This document shows positions 11,561 through 24,375 of a DNA stretch of 63,723 nucleotides, one piece after another. Source of the DNA: Octopus bimaculoides (taxonomy: Eukaryota). A program made the position numbers and the translations under genes. The stretch lies in assembly GCF_001194135.2 (NCBI RefSeq), contig NC_068998.1, forward strand, positions 34,744,752 to 34,808,474. The letters are read 5' to 3'. The first letter of the stretch is position 1. Every line of letters begins with the position of its first letter. Under the pieces are notes generated by a model, which saw only the letters and a list, made by a program, of their open reading frames with translations, was not told the DNA's origin and did no database searches.

Positions 11561-11952
11561 ATGTATGAACACAAACAGAGCCTCTACATGAGCTTAATCT
11601 TCCTCTCACAAACTATTCCTTTATATGTGTAATATACAAGCCAATGCAGTCTAGTCTCTGATATCTAAACAAAATCGGATGGCTATAATTAAAAGGCCTT
11701 TAAAATTCAGTTTGTTAATTTAAGACCAACTTGGAACTCATTTAAAACAGAGAGACATCAGCATTGCAGGTGCTTCTAACCAAAATAGCAGCCAATTCTC
11801 CCTCAAACTACATCATACCGCTGCATGTTACTATGCTCCAATGTTCCAATAGCTTGGCATCGCTTGATACCTCTGTTGGTATACACACACACATGCACAC
11901 ATAAATTCTCACCCCCACCCCACACACACACATGCACGCATGCACACACACG

Positions 11953-11989
<37 letters not shown>

Positions 11990-12249
11990 GTAAGTGTTTT
12001 CATGTTTGCATGCATGCTTGTATGTATGTATGTGCATATGTATGTAAGAATGTATGTATGTATGCATATATATATGTATATATGTATGTATTTGACCATT
12101 GATTCTGCTGAGGTCACTGGCCCTTTGACAGGTTTTGTGTTTCATCCTTCAATTGTCCAATGAAAACTACCCTCCTCATCACACAGATTAGTTACTAATA
12201 GCTCAACTATGGGACAGGTTATACTGGTTGCGTATTACCAGCAGCACTA

Positions 12250-12600
12250 AGATTAATCTGATGTAGACTAGTTCTTCCCTTTAGACAAATGCATTCATTG
12301 TTTAGAGAGAGACTGGCCTTGCACAAGGCTTTTTCTCACTTTAAAATGGCATCACTTGAGTTGTTAACATCTGTATAATGTGTAGCATACAATGATTTGT
12401 TTGTTTTTCCAAATGGCAAAAACTCTCAATGAAAAATTCCATGGAAACTAGTATTAGTGAGGGCAATAACCTCTCTGAATACCAGCTGTAAGGCGTTCCT
12501 ATGATTGTCACATTTGTGCAAAAGAATGTAGTTCTGTAGCAGAAATGGGAAGCTATATCTATGCTGCTTTAAGAGAGCAATCAAGTAACGTTATTACTTG
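12250..12600 (+). mobile_element. Decayed RTE/BovB-like ORF2 C-terminus with terminal zinc-finger-like motif
   Basis: RSYDCHICAKECSSVAEMGSY resembles the CxxC...H motif at RTE ORF2 ends; heavily interrupted. Confidence 0.35.
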
Positions 12601-12636
12601 AAATCGAGTTACAACTATCATGTATGTGTATGTATG

Positions 12637-12706
<70 letters not shown>

Positions 12707-12723
12707 CACATATGTCTGTGTAT

Positions 12724-12765
<42 letters not shown>

Positions 12766-13191
12766 TTATGTGTATATCTATATATTTTTACATGTTTGTT
12801 TGGTTTCATACATATATAATATATACATACAAAGATTCATAGACACATACATACATACTCGCATATATATGTATTTGCACATAAATGCATCTATATACAA
12901 TATAGGTACATCATATATATATCTTCATGTGTTTGGGTGTAAAATAAAATTAATAAAATTAAAATCCCTTCAATGCATTCCAATTCAAGACTTTTGTGTT
13001 GATAATCCAATAAAATATCGACTTAGCAATTTTACTTCTATGCAGTTCAATGGATGGTAAAATAATATGACTTAGGTTAAAATAAGATTTCTTTCTTTTT
13101 CATAATGATTTATATCAGTAATTCTCAAGATTTTTCACTTCTCTATCTTTATAACTATACACTTCAACTCCAGTGCTTTCTTAACTTACAG

Positions 13192-13254
13192 AATTATCTA
13201 GAAAAGTGGGACATGTAAAACTACAGAAGTTAATAATACTAGAAATTTGGAAAG
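13192..13254 (+). CDS. Candidate exon with ambiguous donor: 13214 gives NYLEKWD, 13254 gives LSRKVGHVKLQKLIILEIWK
   Basis: Strong acceptor ctttcttaacttacAG and two possible donors (CAT|GTAAAA, AAG|GTGACA). Confidence 0.3.
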
Positions 13255-14889
13255 GTGACAATAAATCTAATACTTGTATTAGAATAACTTCACAAGAATT
13301 AACCTTTTATATTGTGAGAGATGACAGAGCTTCTATGTGGGTTGCCTGGTCTACAAGAAATAACAACCAAATTTCCCCTCATGTGTTACACTCAACAATC
13401 TTAAATGAACAACACATTTGATAATGTAGACTGAGTAAAGTATGTTGAGATGATCATGTGGGAATTGTTTTTAACCATTGGTTGGTTCATTCAGAACTGA
13501 CTTATGACAACAACGCATCCATAAGCAATCTCATTATTTGGTATTTAGCACTTGTATGTATTTGAAAGCCATTGTTTCACATAATTGATATATATTATTT
13601 AAGCTGTTGAATAAAACACCGAAAGCAGGTAGAACTGGATGAAAATGAACAGTATTAGATTGAAATCATTAGGACATTTACTTTCATCACTCTGTTGTTC
13701 TTTGTTTCAAATACTGTAAACGTTGGATTGAGCTTTTATACTTTCAGAACCAAATGTAAATATACTTTTGCCAATGACATCTGACATTTTTTACTTGGGA
13801 AATCTCTGACTAGAGCTTTTGTAATAACTTCAATGGGATTTTATCATGATGGTGATGTTGATGATGACAACGATGATACTGATGTCAAAGACGATGACAA
13901 GTACTAACAATGTTGACTGCCCCTAGAAAGACAAAATTTACAAATTTAATAATGATGCTTTTCTACTGTCTAATGTGCATATAATACCAAGTTGTTACAT
14001 AATTATAGGTAGCATGTTTGGGGGAGAAGAGAGGGAAAGTAATCTCTATTAAATTATTCCCAGTATTTGAAGAGAAGGAAAAGCTATTTAAAACCTCCTT
14101 GCATTTGAAGAAAAGTAAATTGTCGTGAATAAATTCACTCTCTATTTTGGGGAAATTAGCAGTCATTTATATCCATTCTGTGTTTCATTGGTTCTTCATT
14201 TTATCAATTCTGGAAGCATGAAAGGCAAAGTCAGTATCAGCTTCATTTGAACTTAAAATGTAAGATAGGGCACCTTACAAACTCTGTCACAACTCCAGAC
14301 TTAATAATCTAATGATATTATCAAATTTTGGGTTGTGTGTTTTGGGGATGTATTTTATCGTTAGAGACATACAACAGAAAAAAAAATATTTCAAAGAATT
14401 CTTTATTAGGTTTATACGAGTATCAACATGAAGAAAGCTTACAGGTAATAAATAATATGAGGCAGCATAAATTAGGATGTGTGTTGCTAAGTCTCCAACT
14501 CCAAAATTGTTTAATTCATTATCTGAACTAGAATGAATGTTTAAAACATGCCAATACTGGAAAATGAAGATAGATGCAAAATCATTATCAAAGAAAATTC
14601 TATAAAATAGAAAGTATTCATGCAAGCATAGACTCCAGACAGAGTGTCCACACAGAGTATATATATTTCAGCATAATTTCTTCTTTTGTCCTTCAAAAGT
14701 ATATATTATTAATTGCTTTTTCTAAATTGATTTTATTTTATTTTCATATGAATTGGTGAAATTTCATTCATATTTTTTGTACCAGTTTTTCAGTTGATAT
14801 ATTTAACTTTTTTTTAGTGTATAATCATTTAAGAGTTATAAAAATTTCTCCATAATAAATGGTTAATATATATGTGTTTGACTGAGTAG

Positions 14890-14923
<34 letters not shown>

Positions 14924-15163
14924 TATATAATATATTGCATATTAGTACATATATGTATGTAGAACTTCGTGCACGCACATGTGTGTGTGCGTGTGTTTGT
15001 CTATTTAAGTGTTAAAGTATCTACATCAATGTACATTTAATATTCATGTACATTTGTTCAATATAAAAAAAAAATAATGAATATTCAGATAACGTTTTAC
15101 ATGTACCTGTATGTATGTGCCACATCACATCATTATATATAAAAGTGTTGATGGGGGTGGGTG

Positions 15164-15209
<46 letters not shown>

Positions 15210-15309
15210 TGCGTGCATGGCTGTGAAGTTAAGAAATTTGGGTTCAATCTCACTGTGTCATTTGGGTTCAATCTCACCATGTTATACCTTATGACACACT
15301 GAATCTTCA

Positions 15310-15527
15310 AATAAATATTAATTTCAGATTTTAACACAAGGCCAGCAATTCCAAGGTAGTGAATAAGTCGATTATATTGACCCCAGTGTTCAACTGGTAC
15401 TAATTTTATCAACCCCAAAAGTGTGATAAGCAAAGTTGACCTCAGCAGAATTTGAACCCAGAATATAAAGACATGAAATACCACTAAGCATTTTGCCTAG
15501 CAGGCTAATGATTCTGCCAACTTGCCA
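15310..15527 (-). mobile_element. tRNA-type SINE, family A
   Basis: AAAGTTGACCTCAGCAGAATTTGAAC...CTAAGCATTTTGCC...GATTCTGCC is homologous to 9340-9686. Confidence 0.75.
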
Positions 15528-16104
15528 CTGTAGTATCTTCTGATATAGTACCTTGGTTATCCAAAGCATTATGAGTAAAATTTCATTGATGGACTCTACA
15601 TGGAAATCAAAAGGCAGGACCATTCTTTGTCTTAAGGTTTTTTAGTCTGAACATAACTTTCTCCTTACTTCCCATCAAGGACAGAGGCCTTGAAGAGGGT
15701 CATGAGTGCTATCCTTCTCTCCCTCCTCCCCCTCTCCCTCCTCCTCAACAACAACACCATTATTGCTGTTTTAATATCCATTGTTCGTGCTTGCATTGGT
15801 TAGATGAAATTCCCAGAGGAAGCTATTCTACAATCAATTGCCCTTCCTATCATCAACTTTGACGTGTTTCCAAGCAAGGTAATATTTCTTTATGGCCAAG
15901 CATATTTTCATGGAAGGACACAGCTCCTATGATAATGATGACAATCATTTAACTCATTTACAATTATTGTGTAATGCGAAGACAAGGAGACAGAAACACA
16001 CATACACACTCACACACACATATATATATATGTATATACACACTTGCACACACACACATATACATACATACATGTATATATGAATGTCTACATGTATACA
16101 CACA

Positions 16105-16502
16105 CATACTTACTGGACTATTGTGCTAAAGGTACCATCCATCCCATTTGAACTCAGATGCTGCAATACCTTAAGGTTTAAAGGTATAGCTCTTCAATGC
16201 CCTGCCACAAAAATTAAGAAAACTACACAATGTATTCATAGATGTCTTCAAAAAAGGAACTTGACATTCTCCTCTCCACAATACCGGATGAACCAATAAC
16301 CTGGCATAAGGTGCAGATGAGGGCACCAAATAGGCCATGCACCAAATGGGCCAACAACCAGGGCAAAAGCACATACAGGAGTGTTGATGTGAAACCCCAC
16401 CAGCCTGGGGCAATCAGCAAAAGAAGAATCATGCATAAAAGTGCAAAATCAGGGTGGTGTTTCAGCATGGCTGCAGCTGAATGACTGAAAAGAATAAAAG
16501 AA
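16105..16502 (+). mobile_element. 3' end of a CR1/L2-supergroup-like LINE
   Basis: Frameshifted LFNALPQKLRKL...F/KKELDILLSTIPDEP motif, then the tail GGTGGTGTTTCAGCATGGCTGCAGCTGAATGACTGAAAAGAATAAAAG shared with SINEs. Confidence 0.7.
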
Positions 16503-16892
16503 TATAGTTATGTATGCATATATGTATGTATGTATTTATGTATGTATGTATGTATTTATGTATACACACACACACATATATACATGTATGTACACACACA
16601 CATACACACACATACACAAACACGTACAAACACACGCATGCATGTTATAAAAGTCAAGTGGTATATTCATCTCTTTCATGAATAAATGAATATGTTGGCT
16701 TGAAATGGATGCAGCTTCAAGATGGAGTTAAAGTTATTAGGAGTTAAAGAAAATAGAAATTAGTAAAGGTAAAGAAACAGTAGCTTCATGGAGTCATTCA
16801 CATAATTGTCCATATTTATATGTTTGTATGTTTTCGTGTAGGTGTATTATATTTCATGTATGTGTATATATATTTATATATATATGTATGTA

Positions 16893-17794
16893 TGAGGGGG
16901 TATCCAGAAGTAGCCAGAAACGTTCTCTATGGGACAAGCCCGTTGTATTTTAGGCTTCTGTCACTAGAAGCCACTTGATGCAACCCTCAGGCATCAGCCT
17001 GCCAACATTTGTTGTCCAGTGTGGTCATACTGCCACATGGTGCGTTTTTGTTTTGCAGTGCTTCTCGCCGGTTTGTCAATTTTTTCAATGGCTGAAATGA
17101 ACAGCTTGCTTCCATGAAATTCTGTTTTCTGCTTGGGAAAACGGCAGCTGGAACAGTTCTCACGCTTCAAACAGCTAACAAGGGTGCTGCCATGAGCAAA
17201 GCACAAGTTTATGAGTGGTTTCCATGCTTTAGGAGTGCTCACTTATATCACTTGAAGACCAACCTTGTCAAGGCATCTGTCAACTTCCTGAATGAATGAA
17301 AACATCATGAAAATTCATGAACTGATCGTGGAGGGCTGTCATTGAACAATTGACAAACTTGTTGATATAATTAGTGTGTCCTGAGACTCCTGTCAACAAA
17401 TTCTGTGTGAGGGATTACAAATGAAAAGAGTTGCGACAAAATTTGCACCTTGCTTGCTCACAGATCAAAAGCAGTCATAATTGAATGCATGTCATAAACT
17501 GAAAGAACAGTTGGAAGTTGATCCAGATCTTTTTTTTCAAAGATCATCACTGGTGACAAAAGCTGGTGCTATAGAATTTGCAGATGTGGAAGAGATGAAG
17601 AAAAAAGTGACGGAGGCATTAAAAGGCATCACTTCGCTAGAATTTCAGCACTGCTTCCAACAGTGGAAGATGCATCAGGACAGATGCATTGCTTCAAATG
17701 CAGAATACTTTGAAGGTGATAAAAGTGTAAACATATAAAACTAAGTGAATGGAATAATATTGCAAAATTCTGGTTTCTTTTGGGTACCTTCTTG
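16893..17794 (+). mobile_element. Internally deleted mariner element with imperfect ~28-bp TIRs
   Basis: Left TA-TGAGGGGGTATCCAGAAGTAGCCAGAA; right reverse complement CAAGAAGGTACCCAAAAGAAACCAGAA. Encodes MKFCFLLGK...QVYEWF and IITGDKSWCY, then jumps to F.DVEE...FQQW...YFEGD; the rest of the catalytic domain is missing. Confidence 0.88.
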
Positions 17795-17885
17795 TGTGTG
17801 TGTATGATGTGTGTATGATGTATGATGTGTGTGTGTATGATGTATGATGTGTGTATGATGTGTGTGTATGATGTGTGTGTGTGTG

Positions 17886-17930
<45 letters not shown>

Positions 17931-20900
17931 NNNNNNNNNNNNNNNNNNNNNNNNNNNNNNNNNNNNNNNNNNNNNNNNNNNNNNNNNNNNNNNNNNNNNN
18001 NNNNNNNNNNNNNNNNNNNNNNNNNNNNNNNNNNNNNNNNNNNNNNNNNNNNNNNNNNNNNNNNNNNNNNNNNNNNNNNNNNNNNNNNNNNNNNNNNNNN
18101 NNNNNNNNNNNNNNNNNNNNNNNNNNNNNNNNNNNNNNNNNNNNNNNNNNNNNNNNNNNNNNNNNNNNNNNNNNNNNNNNNNNNNNNNNNNNNNNNNNNN
18201 NNNNNNNNNNNNNNNNNNNNNNNNNNNNNNNNNNNNNNNNNNNNNNNNNNNNNNNNNNNNNNNNNNNNNNNNNNNNNNNNTGTGTGTATGATGTGTGTGT
18301 GTGTGTATTTGTTTCCACTTCTTTTTTAGAAATGGGTCAAAAGTAATTATTTTACTGCCAGATGCCCTTTCTGTTAGCAACACTTAGTTGTTTACAAACA
18401 AGCAAGTCTTTCCTTCTGCACATCTTCAAAAGTGCACAAAGTTACCCTGCAATTTGTTGACAGAGAAATGTTATCAAAGAACATTAACCATTTCTCATAC
18501 GAACATGGAATGTAAACATTCTTTGACACACGTGATTGTTGTACAGCATAACAAAAAACTAAATAGCATTTATTTTCTTTATTAATATAATCCATTATCA
18601 ACATGAAATTGGAAGGCATGATGAAAATAACTTTCAAGTTTACAATTAACCTGTTATAATGGAGATTGAAAATATTTTGGATGATAGCCTGCAATGTGCT
18701 CTATTCTGCTTACCTGAAATCATTACATGATCGTATTATGCAACGATCATGTGCAAGATATTAAATGGTTAAAAAGTTCTGGATTGAATTTCTTTCTGAA
18801 TAAAAAAAAATCTAAAAGCCTACATCAACATAGTTGCAATCTATACCTTTGAAAACGTATTTCTGTAAATTTTTATGGAAAAATGCACTCTATTAAAAAA
18901 CATTATGGAAAGAAAAAAAAATCAAGAGATGGGCCACTACACTGTATGTATACACACACACACACGCACACACACACACCATTTCATATCATATAACAGA
19001 CCGGATTTTGTTTACCATGTCAACTATTTTGAAAAGTTGACAGTGCATAGATGGCATTTCATAGAAAAATGGAAAAAATTATGGAATGGATTTTCTGAAC
19101 ATGATTTTAATAACCAATATAAATTAAATTATGTATGAGAGAGAGAGAGCTCAAACAAAGAATTCATTCAAATAGATGCATGGAACATTTTTCTTTATAA
19201 ACAAAATGAAGCAAAGGATGCTCACAGCTAATATTTTATGCCACCAATACCAGATGATTTTATTTTGGGGTGAAAGTGGGTTGGTATTCTACGATATCTC
19301 TTATTGGAGTTGGACAAACTTTTGTCTCATTGGGATCCTGTACTTGAAACTCATGTATGTAAACTCAATGAAAGTTAAGCAAAAAAGACTTCATGCACAT
19401 TATTTGTAAGCAGAATCACAAAATGAATTTATTTCTTTTGCCCCTATTTTGTTTTGAAATAATATTCTTAGAAAGATCAAATGCAAAATACCATTCAGTA
19501 ATATCTGATGCAATATCTGATTCTATACATGTCAAACAGATAACATATATCATGCATTACCTTCAAAGTATGGATTGTGAGTTTAAGATTCAAGGGAGAT
19601 TTTAACTTAGGAAGACTGTAGTGAGAAAACAGGTTCTGCCATTGCAAACCTGATAGAGGAAGCTGCAAATTACAATTGCATTTACTTGGAAAATTGCAGG
19701 AGTCTTGGAAACTATAGGATCAAAATGGCAATCAAGTACAAGGGAGTATAAAAGAAAACCAGACGATGGATCCCAAGACTCAAGCAGAATCGTTATTTTG
19801 GACATCTACATTTTTATGTCATTATTAATTCAGTCAATGAAAATTTAAAGCTAAAAGGAAAATCTCTGGCATACAACTGAAAATACCTCTCTATGGGAAA
19901 ATCTCACAGGATATGTTTTCAACAGTTTACAGTATTGATGTAAATGGCAAAGGACTTCCAAAGAAATTTATCAACATTGAAACTATGATAAAACTGTGGA
20001 AACTTTGGGGAACTTCAACTTATACCCATCAATTTACTCTGCAAAATATATAAACTGGGAAATATTTTTCCATAACTTTGTCTATTACTTTGGATTTTTC
20101 TCCTGATGCCTGCAATGGCAGTCTCAGCGGAACATTCATTTCAGTAAGCTTAAACTGATAATGAACTATCTCAAAACAAACATGTCTCTAGGTTGCTTGG
20201 TGGTCTTAACTCAACACAGCACTGAATTAGATCTCAGTGGAACTATTGATTTCAGATATATCATAGTAAACTTTGCACACAAGAAAGCATGTAAGGCACT
20301 CCTGTAAAAGTGAAAACCCAGTCATTCATTCTATAATCTTTGATAATAAATAAATAATTAAAATTATTTATTAGTTTTTGGCTTTAATAGTTTGGGGTTG
20401 GGACTCTAAAGCAGACCTGCTCTGGGATTAATTCTTACTCTTGGCAGCCTTTCTAATCTATTCCTTTTATTTCTGAATGTCTTTTAGAATCAATTACTTT
20501 GTTACAGAATACTATTTTTGCTGATTTCATACTTCAGATTAAATCAAAGATAGAACATTGTCACGAGTTGACCAGGGGTTAGAATTGGACAATTGATGCT
20601 TGCTGGACATTGTTTGAGATAAGAGAGAGGAACAGCTTACATAAATGTTGAAGCTTTATGTTTTATTGTTGTTGATGTTGACCCCGGTTAAATCTGGTAA
20701 ACAGAGCTTCAATAACAAGATATTCCAGCCAAATGGATTTCAGTCACTGTACATCTAGGACAACGTTATCTAATGTATCCAGTTTTTCTTAGAAGGGAGG
20801 GTGTGATAATACAGATATTTGAATGTACTTTATTAACAAATCAAACAACTACACTGATACTTCTTGGAAATTGTTATTTCTTAGCATCAGGTCAGACCTG

Positions 20901-21333
20901 ATCGTGGTTATTCTAGCCTTGATCATCCTGTCTATTTAGGGTCATGTAAGAGTAATAATGCAAATTTATGGCATTGGATATTTTACCTTAGCCTTCACCA
21001 AATACTGCTTCTATTTCAAATCATTCACACTCATTGTTTACATTTCTTAATTTTACACGACATGTAAATGCCTGCATTGTACAATAATACCCCTCCACAT
21101 ACCTACCTTCATTCATATATGAATGTGTGTGTAGATAAGCCAGCTGGAGGAGATGTCCTCCTGGGGCTAAAAGCAACAGTAACATCCACCCCTAGGGGTC
21201 AGCCACACTTAAGTGGCAATATACTACACTTTATCGTGCAGTTACTGTTAATACTTCATTTAGAGAATTAACATTGCTTGTTTTCACCTTTTCGATATCA
21301 GTAAAGAATTTCACTGGAAAAGAAGATATAAGA

Positions 21334-21458
21334 TTGCCAGGTTTTTGTCTCTCTCACCAAGGTCAGCAGCTATCGAACGCCGACGAAGGGAAATAACCCT
21401 GAAATCCGGATCCGTTCGTGCTGCAGATGTTGGTGAGAGGGATAACTTCCCTTGGCAA
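21334..21458 (+). ncRNA. Type I hammerhead ribozyme (variant core CCGACGA) in a long rod-like hairpin
   Basis: CGAACG CCGACGA AGGG AAATAA CCCT GAAA TCCGGA TC CGTTCG. Stem I extends through GCAGC/GCTGC, CTCTCACCAA/TTGGTGAGAG and TTGCCAGG/CTTGGCAA. Predicted cleavage after AUC at 21412. Confidence 0.85.
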
Positions 21459-22751
21459 ACAGGACACAGTCGTGTGNNNNNNNNNNNNNNNNNNNNNNNN
21501 NNNNNNNNNNNNNNNNNNNNNNNNNNNNNNNNNNNNNNNNNNNNNNNNNNNNNNNNNNNNNNNNNNNNNNNNNNNNNNNNNNNNNNNNNNNNNNNNNNNN
21601 NNNNNNNNNNNNNNNNNNNNNNNNNNNNNNNNNNNNNNNNNNNNNNNNNNNNNNNNNNNNNNNNNNNNNNNNNNNNNNNNNNNNNNNNNNNNNNNNNNNN
21701 NNNNNNNNNNNNNNNNNNNNNNNNNNNNNNNNNNNNNNNNNNNNNNNNNNNNNNNNNNNNNNNNNNNNNNNNNNNNNNNNNNNNNNNNNNNNNNNNNNNN
21801 NNNNNNNNNNNNNNNNNNNNNNNNNNNNNNNNNNNNNNNNNNNNNNNNNNNNNNNNNNNNNNNNNNNNNNNNNNNNNNNNNNNNNNNNNNNNNNNNNNNN
21901 NNNNNNNNNNNNNNNNNNNNNNNNNNNNNNNNNNNNNNNNNNNNNNNNNNNNNNNNNNNNNNNNNNNNNNNNNNNNNNNNNNNNNNNNNNNNNNNNNNNN
22001 NNNNNNNNNNNNNNNNNNNNNNNNNNNNNNNNNNNNNNNNNNNNNNNNNNNNNNNNNNNNNNNNNNNNNNNNNNNNNNNNNNNNNNNNNNNNNNNNNNNN
22101 NNNNNNNNNNNNNNNNNNNNNNNNNNNNNNNNNNNNNNNNNNNNNNNNNNNNNNNNNNNNNNNNNNNNNNNNNNNNNNNNNNNNNNNCCATCATGAAATT
22201 TCAACTTCATTACCTTATATGGCAAATGTCATATTTGATGGTGTTGTCAGATAATTCTCCCATTGATTTCTCATATTCAATTTTTTTTTTTTTTTTAACA
22301 TAATGAACTGAAAGTAAATAATATTTCTATAATATAAAAGTAATGATAATAAAAACATATATATTCCAGTTGATACTTTGAAATTTTATAAATAGTTTGG
22401 ATATCTTTTTTGTATTAAGTGTAAGGAACTCAGATTAAATAGTCTGTCCAAAACCAAGAAAAATAAAATGCCAGATTTTATTATTTAGAAGAAAATTCAT
22501 CTAAAGAATATGATAGAAATAACCATCAATATTGATTGTCAGTGTAGATATAGTATATATAATATATGTATGTGTGTGCATGCAAGTGTGTGTGTACACA
22601 CATTTAAATCTGGAGTATGTATATGAATATATGCATGTATATATATTTATACTTATGTCTATCTATTTATCTATCTATACACACACACACACATATATAC
22701 ATACAAACAAATATAATATATATATATGCAGACATATATAATATAAATATA

Positions 22752-22786
<35 letters not shown>

Positions 22787-23702
22787 NNNNNNNNNNNNNN
22801 NNNNNNNNNNNNNNNNNNNNNNNNNNNNNNNNNNNNNNNNNNNNNNNNNNNNNNNNNNNNNNNNNNNNNNNNNNNNNNNNNNNNNNNNNNNNNNNNNNNN
22901 NNNNNNNNNNNNNNNNNNNNNNNNNNNNNNNNNNNNNNNNNNNNNNNNNNNNNNNNNNNNNNNNNNNNNNNNNNNNNNNNNNNNNNNNNNNNNNNNNNNN
23001 NNNNNNNNNNNNNNNNNNNNNNNNNNNNNNNNNNNNNNNNNNNNNNNNNNNNNNNNNNNNNNNNNNNNNNNNNNNNNNNNNNNNNNNNNNNNNNNNNNNN
23101 NNNNNNNNNNNNNNNNNNNNNNNNNNNNNNNNNNNNNNNNNNNNNNNNNNNNNNNNNNNNNNNNNNNNNNNNNNNNNNNNNNNNNNNNNNNNNNNNNNNN
23201 NNNNNNNNNNNNNNNNNNNNNNNNNNNNNNNNNNNNNNNNNNNNNNNNNNNNNNNNNNNNNNNNNNNNNNNNNNNNNNNNNNNNNNNNNNNNNNNNNNNN
23301 NNNNNNNNNNNNNNNNNNNNNNNNNNNNNNNNNNNNNNNNNNNNNNNNNNNNNNNNNNNNNNNNNNNNNNNNNNNNNNNNNNNNNNNNNNNNNNNNNNNN
23401 NNNNNNNNNNNNNNNNNNNNNNNNNNNNNNNNNNNNNNNNNNNNNNNNNNNNNNNNNNNNNNNNNNNNNNNNNNNNNNNNNNNNNNNNNNNNNNNNNNNN
23501 NNNNNNNNNNNNNNNNNNNNNNNNNNNNNNNNNNNNNNNNNNNNGCAAAACAGATTATAATCCTATTGATTGGCAACTAAGATTTTAAACCAAATAATGC
23601 ACCAGAATAATAACATTTGGGAATAATATATCCAGAGGAGCTGACATGATGGAATCTGTTAATACTAGCTGAGCAAATAAAAATTCTAATAAATTGTTCT
23701 GT

Positions 23703-23703
23703 A

Positions 23704-23761
<58 letters not shown>

Positions 23762-23762
23762 T
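23703..23762. repeat. (ATCT)n microsatellite
   Basis: Directly visible tetranucleotide run. Confidence 0.95.
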
Positions 23763-24059
23763 TCTAACTATCCAAGTTGTTCTCAGGCACTTATTTACCT
23801 ATCTGTCTGTCCCTCAATCAATTTATCTATCAGTCTGATTACCAAACTGCATATCTTAAAACTTCTTTCTTACAGTTAGGTCAGAAGATCACATTTCACA
23901 CATACATTTTATATTTAGCATGCTTTCAGTAACTGGATGCCCTTCCTGGCACTAACCACTTTGTTCAATGTACTGGGCGCATTTTATCATGACTAGTACC
24001 ATAGGGTTGTCAACATCTGGACAAGATACAGTCTTCCATACTCTATCTTTTATTTTTTC

Positions 24060-24375
24060 CAGTTATTTTCTTACAGTCATGCTGGGGTACTGCCTTGAAG
24101 GGTTTTAGTCAATCAAAACAACCCCAGAACTTTTTTTTTCAAGCCTAGTACTTATTCTGTTGGTCATTTTTGATGAACTGCTAAGTTACAGGGACGTAAA
24201 CACACCAGCACTGGTTATCAAGTGGTGGTGGTAAGGGTCACACACACATACACAATGTGCTTTTTCCAGTTTCCGCCTACCAAATCCACAGTAGAAGACA
24301 CTTGCCCAAAGTGCCATGCAATGGGACTGAACCTGGAACCATGTGGTTGGCAAGAAAACTGCTTATTCACCAGCT
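24060..24375 (-). mobile_element. tRNA-type SINE, family B
   Basis: GGGACTGAACCTGGAACCATGTGG...AAGACACTTGCCCAAAGTGCC is the reverse complement of the family B head. Confidence 0.8.

Noticed and set aside
16893-17794. Domesticated (SETMAR-like) or active mariner gene
   Set aside because: Stops, frameshifts and loss of most of the catalytic domain.
21311-21476. Minus-strand ORF with CPVC motif (TRLCPVCQGK...)
   Set aside because: Antisense of the GC-rich hammerhead hairpin; the structure explains the sequence better.
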